In this document: piece by piece, positions 1-12,200 of the stretch
Layout: the number at the start of each line of letters is the position of its first letter
Position numbering within the stretch: the stretch's first letter is position 1
Assembly (NCBI RefSeq): GCF_964204645.1
Contig: NC_134035.1
Location: 7,968,451-8,032,450, forward strand
Direction of reading: 5' to 3'
From: Tubulanus polymorphus
Taxonomy: Eukaryota; Animalia; Nemertea
DNA length: 64,000 bases
Notes under the pieces: model-generated
What the model saw: the letters and a program-made list of their open reading frames with translations, nothing else
The model's database searches: none
What the model was told of the DNA's origin: nothing
Position numbers and translations under genes: made by a program

Positions 1-126
1 CTCCTGGGTGGAGAGAGGCAATGAGGATAAGTGTCTTGCCGAGGACACTACGGCAATGTACGGGGCTTGAACCCATGACCTGGCTTCCCAGAGCCGAACG
101 CTCTAACCATTCGGTCACACCGCTCC
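1..126 (-). mobile_element. tRNA-derived SINE 5' head (truncated by window edge)
   Basis: Reverse strand: ggagcggtgTGACCGAATGGttagagcg (A box)...GGTTCAAGCCC (B box) followed by gtgtcctcggcaagacactt...cctctctccacccagg, a typical SINE core continuation rather than a tRNA 3' end. Confidence 0.75.
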
Positions 127-233
127 ACAAACTGTGAGTTAAACGATGACTGTGAAACTACGCCGCGAAAAGTAGCGTTTCCATTGTCAAAATTACTGAC
201 AACCCTGCACCTTGACTATTGAATAAATCATAC

Positions 234-3200
234 CTCAATGATGTTCGATGGAGTAGCGATCCAAGCGTATTTTTCATCGACTAATCGTAAAGCATTCATC
301 GCCGCGAGATAACATCGAGCTTGTGACTGGATACCTTTAGAATTAGGCACTTCTTGACCCAGTCGCATTCCGTATTCATACATTACACTCCCAGCTATAA
401 ACAAGAATAATGTCATATCACTGATTTAAGAACATAGGTACCTGGTACAATTTTAATTCATTAATCAGACTTTCACGTCGATATACATATATACCCATAG
501 ATTGCATTGCTACTATTGTGGCATAAGTTAAGCATTTGCCTTTGTTTAGAAGAATAAGATGACTTGCAATTCTAAATTGGGTTCTACCCCAAGTGATACC
601 CTAGTTGTGTACCAAGTTTTAAAACAATCGGTCAACAATTGCGGCCTCTAGGCTGTTAACGTCGTTTTTCATGTCGGCCCCCTGGTGGCCATATTTTAAA
701 TCGAATTGACCCAATTCTAAATAGAGTTCTACCCCAAGTGATATCCTACTTGTGTACCAAGTTTTTGAAACAATCGGTCAACAATTGCAGCCTCTAGGCT
801 GTTAACGTCGTTTTTCATGTCGGCCCCCTGGTGGCCATAATTTTAATCGAATCGACCCAATTTTAAATAGGGTTCTGGCCCAAGCGATATCCTACTTGTG
901 TACCAAGTTTTAAAACAATCGGTCAACTATTGCGGCCTCTAGGCTGTTAACGTCGTTTTTCATGTCGGCCCCCTGGTGGCCATAATTTAAATCGAATCGA
1001 CCCAATTTTAAATAGGGTTTTGGCCCAAGTGATATCCTACTTGTGTACCAAGTTTTAAAACAATCGGTCAACTATTGCGGCCTCTAGGCTGTTAACGTCG
1101 TTTTTCATGTCGGCCCCCTGGTGGCCATAATTTAAATCGAATCGACCCAATTTTAAATAGGGTTCTGGCCCAAGTGATATCTTCTTGTGTAGCAATTTTT
1201 AAAACAATCGGTCAACAATTACGGCCTCTAGGCTGTTAACGTCGTTTTTCATGTCCGCCCCTGGTGGCCATAATTTAAATCGAATCGACCCAATTTTACA
1301 TAGGGTTCTGGCCCAAGTGATATCCTACTTGTGTACCAAGTTTTAAAACAATCGGTCAACAATTACGGCCTCTAGGCTGTTACATCGTTTTTCATGTCGG
1401 CCCCTGGTGGCCATAATTTAAATCGAATCGACCCAATTCTAAATAGAGTTCTACACCAAGTGATATCCTACTTGTGTACCAAGTTTTAAAACAATCGGTC
1501 AACAATTACGGCCTCTAGACTGTTAATGTCACTTGCGGAGGCGGAGGTGGAGGCGGCGTATACAGACAGGGGTAAATTTATATGCCCCTCTCAACTAAAG
1601 CTGAGCCGGGGCATAATAAAGAGTTTCCTATATACTAGTAACTAGTACACAGGGAATTTGAGATCCTAAATCACTGATATTCCCTAATCCGCAAGAACCC
1701 TGCTGGTTTCTGAACTGGTCTTTTCAGAAGATAACTAATCTAGGGATCCAGGGACAAGGGACACTATGCCTACTCGTGAATGGTGACTATGATAAAAAGA
1801 ATGAATCGAAAAATGTTGAAGATCCCTTCCCAAAGTATACTTTTCACAGACTTCAATGAAATATGACACTATAAAGAGCTAAAGGCATCAGGAATAAGTT
1901 TTTGGTTTCAATCCGCGTGGAGTAAAAATCGAGTTGCATTAAGTTAAGGTACCTTTGCGATAATTTCCTCTCAATACATGGAACGAATATAACAAATCGT
2001 AGTAATTATGAGTCATAAGATCAACAGATCGAGCTCGAGATTCCATTATAGAGACAACCTACAACAACAAGAACATGGCAGATATTCTAACCAATCATGT
2101 GAAAGCAGACATCATATATTGAACATTAACAGCAAATATTCATTTTCCGAGATTTATTCTGAAGTGCAATTCAAAAAACGGTTGAGATCGATGCAAAGAT
2201 TCTACCTGAAACATCAAGGCTGGGTTTCAAAAGTGTGGAAGCAAAATAATCCCTGGGAAGATTTTGAAATTTATCAGTTATAACCATGGTTTCTCATTGA
2301 TACTATGATGGTTGTCACCCAGATTGAGAATTTACCCCTAGGAATAACTTCGATACTTAGTGTATGATACTGGACGAAGATTAAGGAATATTTGATTAAC
2401 ATCACGAGTCTCTGTTCATAAAGATAAAGGAGTGTGACTAGTGTGAGTCCATTTCATCATTTTTCCATATTGATGAAAATAAACACAATACATGTATATT
2501 CAAATTATCTATGTATCAAATGAAGGCATCGAGCTTATTTCGAATCGGAAATAGATCTTTTAGAGATGGTTCATTTGATATACGTGTTGTCCTCAATCGT
2601 ATGTAGGTACTCTACTCACATCTTCCTCCATGTCGATATACGGATACTCGACTAAAGCTTTCAACTGGTTCCGTTCACACAAAATAACGAGAAACTGTCG
2701 TAAACAGTCCTTACGTCTGAAAAATAAATGGTAATAACTATAATAATATCTGATAGAACACGAGGTTCTTCACGTACCTGTAGTAGGGTAAGAGAAAATT
2801 CATTAACACCCTGGATCCAGTTCTACAGTTATGACGAGGTAGAAATAGTCGCGAATTATGAGTGAAGTCTGTTTTAAATAACGTTTCCGTTAACATTTAA
2901 CTGTGAGACTTCCTTGAGTTTAAGTGTGGAGTTAGTTCATTTCTGTTTTAACCCTAAGAGTCAAATTCTAACCGAGAATTATGAAACTGTCCCCAGTTCC
3001 ATAGTTCTCATTTAAGATTATTTGACTCTTGAGGTAAAACATTGGAAAAAGCTCAGTTAGGATTAGACAGTTGAGTGTAAACTGATTCATTTTCGATGTT
3101 TTAACTGTTAAGTCAAATTCTAACCACTAAATGTAGAAGTGAATCCAAATTGGCACTTACAATGCAGAATTAATGAAGACCTACCTGTCTCCATCTGGAT

Positions 3201-6200
3201 TATCGATCATCGCCGAGTATGCTTCGTCGTTGTGACCCAGTTCTAAATGATGCTTGAATTTCTTCGACCACAATGTCGGCTGGATTAGATATCAAAACAT
3301 ACCGTACAAAATATAACAGTCATTATGCAGGGAGGGTAGAGAAACTACTTCGTTTTAGATGTTATGATTTTATCATTCACAAATCCTGTATCGATAATGA
3401 AACATATGGCCAATAACATATCCAAATTCTCCAGGAGTTTTTCCAGGATTTTTTTTGTGCAAAATTCATCTTTGCTAACATCCATCATCAGGTGGAATGA
3501 CCAGAAAAAGTATACTGCAAAGTTTCCGAAAGGAAAATTCCATTTGACCGAGCACTGTAACGCTAACTATGTCTCATGGTGTTGAGAAATAGTTTTGTGT
3601 AATACACTCACCAGATTTTTGTCCTCCAAATCAGCGACATCTATTGCAACGGTTGTGAGGGATATGACAATATCGGGGTAATTAAACTGTTCGAATAATT
3701 TGATGACCTGAAGTGAGACATAACAATGAAATATGTCTGAAATACAAGAACAATAAAAAAATCGTTTGCGTTAATGCCTTCCTAGCGTTATCGGGATTTA
3801 CGCAAAGGAGTTTGGGGTTCCCTAAGTTAGACAAAAGGTCTGCTTTTAATAATGCAACATTGTTTTTGGTGGTATTTTAAGTGGCATTTACAATATTTAT
3901 ACATTTACATGCTATTTCGTATAGATGTTTTAACGATGGAAAGACTGTTCGATAGATTTCATTTTCGTTTAAAATGGAAAAGACATTACACGTATTAAAA
4001 CTCAAACTAGAACATCCAGTTTTTTTCAAAATGAACTGCAAAAAGATTCTGGCTGGGGACACCCCTGGGTTATTGTAAGACACCACGTACCTTTAGATAG
4101 TAAATGACCTGTATTTGCGTTAAACTCAATGAAGCTTCTAAGTCTATTTGTAGCAGTTTAACTGTGAGAAATTCGTCGTTGGGAATACTGTGCGCCGCTT
4201 CAAGGAAACAATTCAAAGCCTTCGTCGATTCTCTGAATAGAAGTAAGAAATATTATCATGGTAAGACGGGTTGCAGACTGAGGCCAACCGTGATTGGCAA
4301 CGAAAAAACCACAGTTAAACCTTGTTATAACACCCTCTCAATACCGCCAGTTTTGCCTATTGTTGCCTTTCTGTCATTATACCATTCAGACACATCTAAT
4401 TCAGTATCATCTAATCTTATTCTATTACCCCTCACTTTCGACTACAACATTCACTAGTTCTTCATTCATATAGTTATGTATTACTTTTTTGACGCCATAA
4501 TAACCATTACAAAACGAAATTTCTATCTGAGTCAATGTGCACTACGCAATCAATATTGGTATTTCAAAATAACAACTATTACAATTGTGAATTTTGGCAA
4601 TTATTTTGTTTTCAAATATATTCCATAACTCTTATTTCATATTTGATAAATTTTAGTAATTATTTTTGAGAGGATATGCACTTTGTCATATGTCGGGGCC
4701 AGACTGGTTGCCGGTCAATTCAATTATCGATATATTCAAATCCAAAATAACTATTAATGATCCTCCATACTATATTAATTATTCATTGTCGACTATATAA
4801 ACAACACGCGTTATTTCTTAAGGCGTCGATAAACTTTCAAGTTAGTTTTCTTATTGACTCATCTCGCTGACATCAGAAAATCAACATACCACACGATATC
4901 ACGAAATCTTACCCCGTATTGAGATAAGCCTGTCCTAACAAGAAAACACGACCTGCATTGTTCCACGGACACCAGTCAGCTAATAAACGCACGTACTCTT
5001 GCAACTGTACAAACTGGCATTTCGACACCATAAACTCGGGGAATGTCAAATCACCGCTCAGAGGCCAACTACGAAGCAATGTTAAGGATGACGTGAAGCA
5101 ATTAGAAATACCTACAATGTCAGGTCCATTTCATTTTTTCCAAAGGTGTGTAAGATAGCCCTTGCCTACCCCGGGTAATATTGATGAAACCAATCATCCT
5201 TCCTAGGCAAGGTTCCATTGGCTCTCACCGAAAGCTCGTGTAGACAAGTGTGTTACAACAAAGTGAAAGGATACAGGAATGGTAAAGCTCGTGTCCAAAC
5301 GACAGCCGGATCTTGACCATTTCTTGACGCAATGTTTCTCGTACCAATAACCGTGCTTCCGATTCCACGTAAAAATAGCTCCAACAAACTCGGATTTCTC
5401 GCACCTTAAATACAATCATTAGAAAATAAATGTATATGACTATTGCAAAGATGAAATTAATTCCAAAAAAAATTATAAGAGACGGAAATTCAGGAAATGA
5501 GCTGTGCGGGCGAGTGGTTAGAGCATTCGACTCAGTGATGCCAGTTCATAGGTTGGAACCCAATACATCAACCAGTCAGTTAAGAGATATAGACCAGGGG
5601 TAATGATACCAACAACAACGAGTGCACGCACGCCTTACTGATTAGGATTTCTGCGCTACGTAAACATCAATTATTACTATCCTGATGATAATTTATAGAA
5701 CCAAGAATCATTTTCTATAAATACTCACTGATATCATCGGACATATTTGTGCTTTGTCCGTCAGACAAATCTAACGCGGCCATCGCGCGAAGGTTGAATT
5801 CTCTGAAATTGATATAAGAAAATATGGTCACAATTTCAAGTAAATTCAAAAGGACAATTATCTGGACAAATCATACATTAATTTCTGGATACGGCAGCAG
5901 ATTGTTTTGATAGTAAGCTTTAAAGGTTACCGGTAGCGAAAGAAATCTGTCTAACGCAATGTAGTCTATCATTGCATACTTACACAGTATTAGAAGGCAC
6001 AACAGTCGCGACAGTTTTACTCATCCACGACATTAGATAGTAAGCTCTCACCAGCACAGACGTGCGCGGTATACAATGAGACAGCAGGTGATTACAGTCA
6101 ACCATCCTTAGTCCACACTACAGCAAAATGAATTAAAATAATCATAAGTTTATTTCAACACTTGTCGGGTAGAGACAGTATAAGCTTATTCTCACGCATA

Positions 6201-9200
6201 AAACAAAGTATGAGAACATCAAAACCCTTTCATTGAAGACAGTTTCCCACCCTATATTGACAGAGAATATTTTGGTATTTCCACCGCATTTCGGTGAATA
6301 ATGGATACACCATGCTTTGCGGTATCTACCCATTAATTACTAATATTTCACAATCGCAGGTGCTGCCATTTTTTAATAGATTTACCTAATAAACAATTAC
6401 ATGGATACATCGCACTAGAGGTGAACAGAATAAAGGGCGGAGAACGCGCGGTGAATATCATTATGTTGTACATGTTCTTTTCTATGAGATAAATGAACAT
6501 GAACTTGAAAGGGTTATTAAGCTCTATTCAAAAATACTTACTTGCCCTCCGATAAATGCGAGGACGGCTTGCAGGATCAACAAATCTCTGGCGAACTCAA
6601 AACGCGTATCGATCAACTGCATCAGACTACGAGTTATCAACGCCGTAGCCAAATCACTCGAGTATAATTTAGACGACGCGTTGATCAGCCAAGAAGGATC
6701 GTCGTAGCTATTGTCACCGTTCGGTTGAGATTTACTCTCATTGTTGGTAACGTCGAGGCCTTGCAGTACGTGATCGAACGCTTCGAGCAGGTTGTTGATA
6801 TTTTCAATCTTCAACGATATTTCTTTCATTAAGATGCTCGTATCAGTGTTGCTAGAAATATATTCAAAACATATATTGGCATCGTACAGAGCTGATTTGT
6901 GACAACAATAGGATCCAGTTTAATAGATGTGGGGACAAATAACGGTGGCATTATTCTAAAATTTGTCCAGGAATGGTGCCTCATTTTCAATACATTAGTT
7001 ACGGTAGCATCTAGGCCGAGGATTTAGGTCGAAATTGAAGAACTTTGACTTGAGAAATCGGGCAAAAGGATTTTCTCATTTGACGCATTACGCAGAGGTA
7101 ACATACCTTCCTTGAGGCAGCAAAGCAGCCACTACTTGGTGGGAAAGCGACGCGGGATCTTCCAATTGGCAAAGTTCTTGCTCAAACGTGCTGATGATGT
7201 CATAATTCATTTGCGACCCGATGACCTTGACGCAATCGACAAGATTTATCAAATCCGTCTGATATTGAGGTTCTACAAAGTAAAACCATGGCGACGATTC
7301 AAAACAATTACTAAACAACTTTACGCAAATGGCCGAAAACGTTAAACTAGTTCTACTGTACCTGATATCAAGATGTGCATTGTCTCGAGGTCGTGACTTG
7401 AAAGCGAGCCGGGTAATGCAAACGCGAGCGTCTCGGACAGATCACAAGGTCGTAATACCGACAGGCTATTCTTCTTCACCAAGCTTACAAAACCGCTTAG
7501 ACTATCGGCGAAGATACCCACACATTTACTGGCACACTGTCGATGATTATAAATCAGAGAAACTTTAAAAAATGATTTGAAATATTATCCGACAGTGTAA
7601 CATGTCCAATGTACCGGTCTAGAAACCTTCCGACCTTAGGAAAAACTAACCTCTTGGTACTGGACACAACTGGAATAGAATTTGCCCCAGTGCTGAATCT
7701 GCAAGTGGTAGTATTCATCTTCTGCCAGTTCATATTCACTAGCAGCCATTTGTATCTGAAATAGAACATCAAATTGAAAAAACTCACAACGCTTGATAAT
7801 GACATTTATTTGATCGGGAACAAGTTTATTAGGAAAGGCCCTGCTTAATCCGGATCAGTTAAATCTGAATTTTGATCTTGTTCGGATATCATTTATGGTT
7901 CACCTATATATGATATGTAAACTTAATGATGTTTGAGCCACATTTATCATAAACCAGTTTGATTTCATTGATCTGCTGCCGGCTACGACTAAACTGGTAA
8001 TTCCGATTCTGTCACCAGTGCCGCTATGAGTATATTTGTAGCTGTTACTTCCTATTTACAGTTACTGTAGATACCATATTTGCCCTCCGGCACAAGGGAA
8101 TGACACAGTTCCTGATTGGCTGGCAATGTGAACAAACTCAGCTTCCTCATTGGTCAATTTCAAACTAAGACTGACTTTGCTCTAGTGCCAACCTACAGTA
8201 CATTCATGCAGCAACTGGGGGGCAGCACTGTATTACCAGGGTGGCATCGAACTTGGTAAACAGATGTACTGTATAACTTGACTAGACGTTGACTTCCTAA
8301 ATCGATGCCTCGGCCTAGTGATATTTCCAACCAATAAATATCAATGAGAAACATCACCAATATCATCATTTCACTCGGTACGAAAATATTTCACAAACCT
8401 CATTCTCAACGACTAACATGACGTCTTCCTTCAGCGTTGTCATGGAAACATTGTGTTCGGACGTTAAGTTTGCTTCAGACGACGAACGACGGTAAATCTA
8501 TAAAAAATATAAAACACTCGAATCCATGTTTATATCGTCCCTTATTTACAAGATAGATATAGTTTCGATGATTTATTCAAACTGAAGGTCACATAGTTTT
8601 GTCTATTGACTAATGTCTATTTCAACCTGACTTGAGGCATTCCAGGTGGCCTAGCTCAGTCAGTTTTGGTAGTACATACCTGAAAAAAGTCTTATTAGGA
8701 CCAGAAAGAACTGGCAGCTGATCTAAAATATTGTTTTTTAATCCACTTTAAACTGTATTGAAGGATATCCAAAAAGTCTGCATTGAGAGGGGTTCCTGAG
8801 AGAAAAGAGACTCCATGATTTGAAAGTTTAACAATACATCTCCATGCCTACCAACTGATGTTTGGTACGTAGGCATGGAAACATATTGTTAAACTTTCAA
8901 ATCATGGAGTCACTTCTCTTCATTTAACCCCTTTCAGTGAACACTTTTTGGATATCCTTCAATAAAGTTTCTAATGGATTAAAAATGATGATTTAGGTCG
9001 ACTGCCTGTCCTTTCTGGTCAAATTAAGACCTTTCTCAGTTATGTACTACCAAAAATGAGCGAGCTAGGCCACTCGCAATGCTCTCAAGTCAGGTTGAAA
9101 CAGACATTAACAGCCATCATCAGATAGATTCCTTCTTTTTCAGTGTTTAATAAATCTTCAAAATTATATCGCGTGTTTTTCTAGCATATCTCATTTGATG

Positions 9201-12200
9201 ACAACCACTGTTAATCCCTGGAAATAACTTACGTTTAACGCTTTATAAATGGCGTGACTGGAGAATTTCCCGGGTGCAAAAAGCTGTTGAATGTAAGCTT
9301 GACGTGGGTCAACGTTCGGTGGAATAATCAGTTCACTGTCCTCCGACGGTTCTAGATGAACTTGTTTCCAATTTCCTTCTCTGCAAAGGGGAAGTAGTCA
9401 TTTTAGAATGAAAATACTCCCAGAGATACTGTTTTCGAAATCGCTCATTTGAATCCTCGAAAATAGTCATCCTAGAATAGTGAACTCTCATAAATAGATA
9501 CTAACGGATAAATTGTCACGTAACGTGAAAACGTTTCGCCCTCACTGTTCATCCATACAGACCATAGACTGTCAGCAGTCAGTACAAAATCTACTAAATC
9601 TTCCTGAATGAAAGAAGAAAATTATTTTTTTTTAACTAGTTTTTTAGACCGAACAAATCCGCAGGAGTGGATATCCAGGGACATAATCGGAGGGTCATAT
9701 TTTGGGTAAATTGATAACGAAGGCCGCTCCCCTTTCCAGAATTTCTGACTGCATTTCGCCTTTGTTTTACATTAATTCAACAAAATTATGGCCTTATTGA
9801 GGAGATAAGAGAAGTCTCCTTTTAAGGCCCCCTTGATCCTCTCCAGACCAGGACATGAAATGAATGACACGCATAAACTGTGTGAGGAAATTGCTACCAA
9901 AAGAACAAACATTTTACTTACATTTGGCGAGAATAAGTTAGAAACATGTTTCAGATGGTACCTTCCTTCTGTCAATGCTGGCTGAACGATACAAAACTGC
10001 AATGAAAAACAAATACGACATTCAATATTCTTTCTAACAGTTTTTGCTTTGTTAATTCCATGCAATTTTGGTGAAAAACTGAAATGAATCATAATCATCA
10101 ACTGTGTGGGTTTTTGAGGTCTACGTAATAAAAGCGAGAGGAAATTTAGTTTGTCATCGTATTTTCAGCACGACTAATGAACCGATGAGAGATGAGTGCC
10201 AACTACTACAGTTGAGCGGAGCATGTGCTGTCACAAAACATCGTTTTGGTAGATAAATTCTCTGATCTACATTCTATAATCACCCTGTCATGAACATTGA
10301 GGGCGAAATATTTTCACGATTAACTCCATTTTAACGACTCATTGCTGCAATTATTAGAGTCAGTCTTCAAATGGTTCTATGCAATTTGATGTTCAAAACA
10401 ATTAATCTTTCATAAAAAAACTATTCCGAAATTAGTAAACAATCAAACCTGGCAATGATCGGAGAAACTGAGAAATACAGCAATCAGAGGAGGTCCATTC
10501 ACTGATACAGATGCGCATTTAATAATGTGACCACGAGCTGAAATTATCAAATAATATGACATTCATCATCATCATCAATATCAGGGACTTATGGAGGCCT
10601 ATTGGTGTCGGGCTCGTTTGGTAATTTACATAAATTTAGGTGATATTTAAAATATTTCTCAACGCTCATTGTTTGATCTGCACCTAGCCCATCTTAAAGA
10701 TGGGTGTTAAATGTTCTTTAGATCAGTTAGAATGGTTGCCAAGTATTGTAACTTTACAATATGACATTGACATTGATGTGAAATTTCAATTGTATGACGT
10801 AGATTAACATCGATCAATGGAAACAAGCATTCACTGAAACATAAGCCGCGATCACACGGAGCCAAATCGGCACGAACCAGGCCCGAGTCAAATTTGGCCA
10901 GTTCCTCATTAGAGAACGTGTTCTCACGTAACCACTCACTCCATAGTAAACTATGCTTAACAAAGAGGGTCACTTCCGGAACCTGTAGCAATTCACACGC
11001 AATAATCTGACTCGTTAGACACTCGTGTGGACAGTTGTTTCGGGCCTTATTTGGCATGGGCTTAATAAAGTACTCGTGAGTGATCGCAGCTTTACTCACC
11101 GCCAAGAAGTAAAGAACTAGCATCAGTAGAGTTACCCGATACATATTCCAACATATCTACAGCTGACAAACACTCGCACGTCTAAAAAATACGCAGTAAG
11201 TAAGAATCGTTCTTACAATATCTTTCGAGGGTGCTAACAAAACTCGATTGAAATAAGATCGCAAAATCTCACGAGACTAGAGTCGTATTTATACTCACCA
11301 ACGTCGACCAGATACGTATTTTATGGTCTTTACAAACGGCGAAAATCAACACATCAGAACCAACCGGATATAAACACATACTCAATACGACATCGCTGCT
11401 CGTTTCCTGGCTGCCTCTATAATGTATTACAGCCGATATCAAATGAGGGCGCTATCCTACCATCCGCCATCGCACTAAAAGGCGTGCGTAACAACGGGAA
11501 AACTCCATTCTAGTTTATTTTCTATCAACTTGCATATTTTTTTGCATCAAACTTTTGGCCCCACATATAAGAAACAAACGCTTAGTGTCCCCCAATCCCA
11601 TCAATATGGCATACATATAAATATAATTTTTTCAATTTATCGCGGTAATGCAAACTTTACAGATGAAACCATAACTATCTCCTGTTACATTGTGCTGGGG
11701 ATATCATTCATTAAGAAATAGCTACCGGTACCTTATAACACTCGGAACCAAACCCGTCCAGAGACGCTGCATCATCGATGATTCTTTCAGTTCAACCTGT
11801 ATCACTCCATCTGTAGATAATACATACAATAGTTCAAGTGAAATAAATGTCCTGATGCCTTCCTTTTTGGGAATGGATCGATTCAGTAAACCGCGTTCAT
11901 GTCAGGGCAGAGTCTCCAGGCGCGGATTCAGATGATAGCACCGTAGGCACGTGCTGCCGTTGCGGTAATCTTGTGGCTTTTTGTTCATGTCCAAAGTAGA
12001 AAAGGGCACTTTTTCAAAGGACGAGGTAGATAATTTCAAACAAAGAGCACATAATCATTCAAGACTTTGTCTTTATTACCTGGAAACTACATCTCAATGC
12101 AGTTGAAATGCTAGAATTAAGAAAGCACTTTGCGTCAGGACTTTAATTGCTTGGAATTTGCTACAAAGAGCAGATTTTCAAAATTTCAGAATGCCCTTTT

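Noticed and set aside
1-126. tRNA gene
   Set aside because: A and B boxes present but no closed cloverleaf or terminator; continues into SINE core sequence.
568-1530. CRISPR-like array
   Set aside because: Whole units repeat with no unique spacers, no cas genes, eukaryotic intron.
10707-11144. 145-aa ORF with apparent signal peptide
   Set aside because: Starts in another frame of NUP160 exon 7 and runs through a dispersed repeat.
11845-11910. Minus-strand hairpin ending in ACA (H/ACA snoRNA half)
   Set aside because: No room for a 5' hairpin or H box once the adjacent MITE is removed; explained as a small imperfect palindrome.
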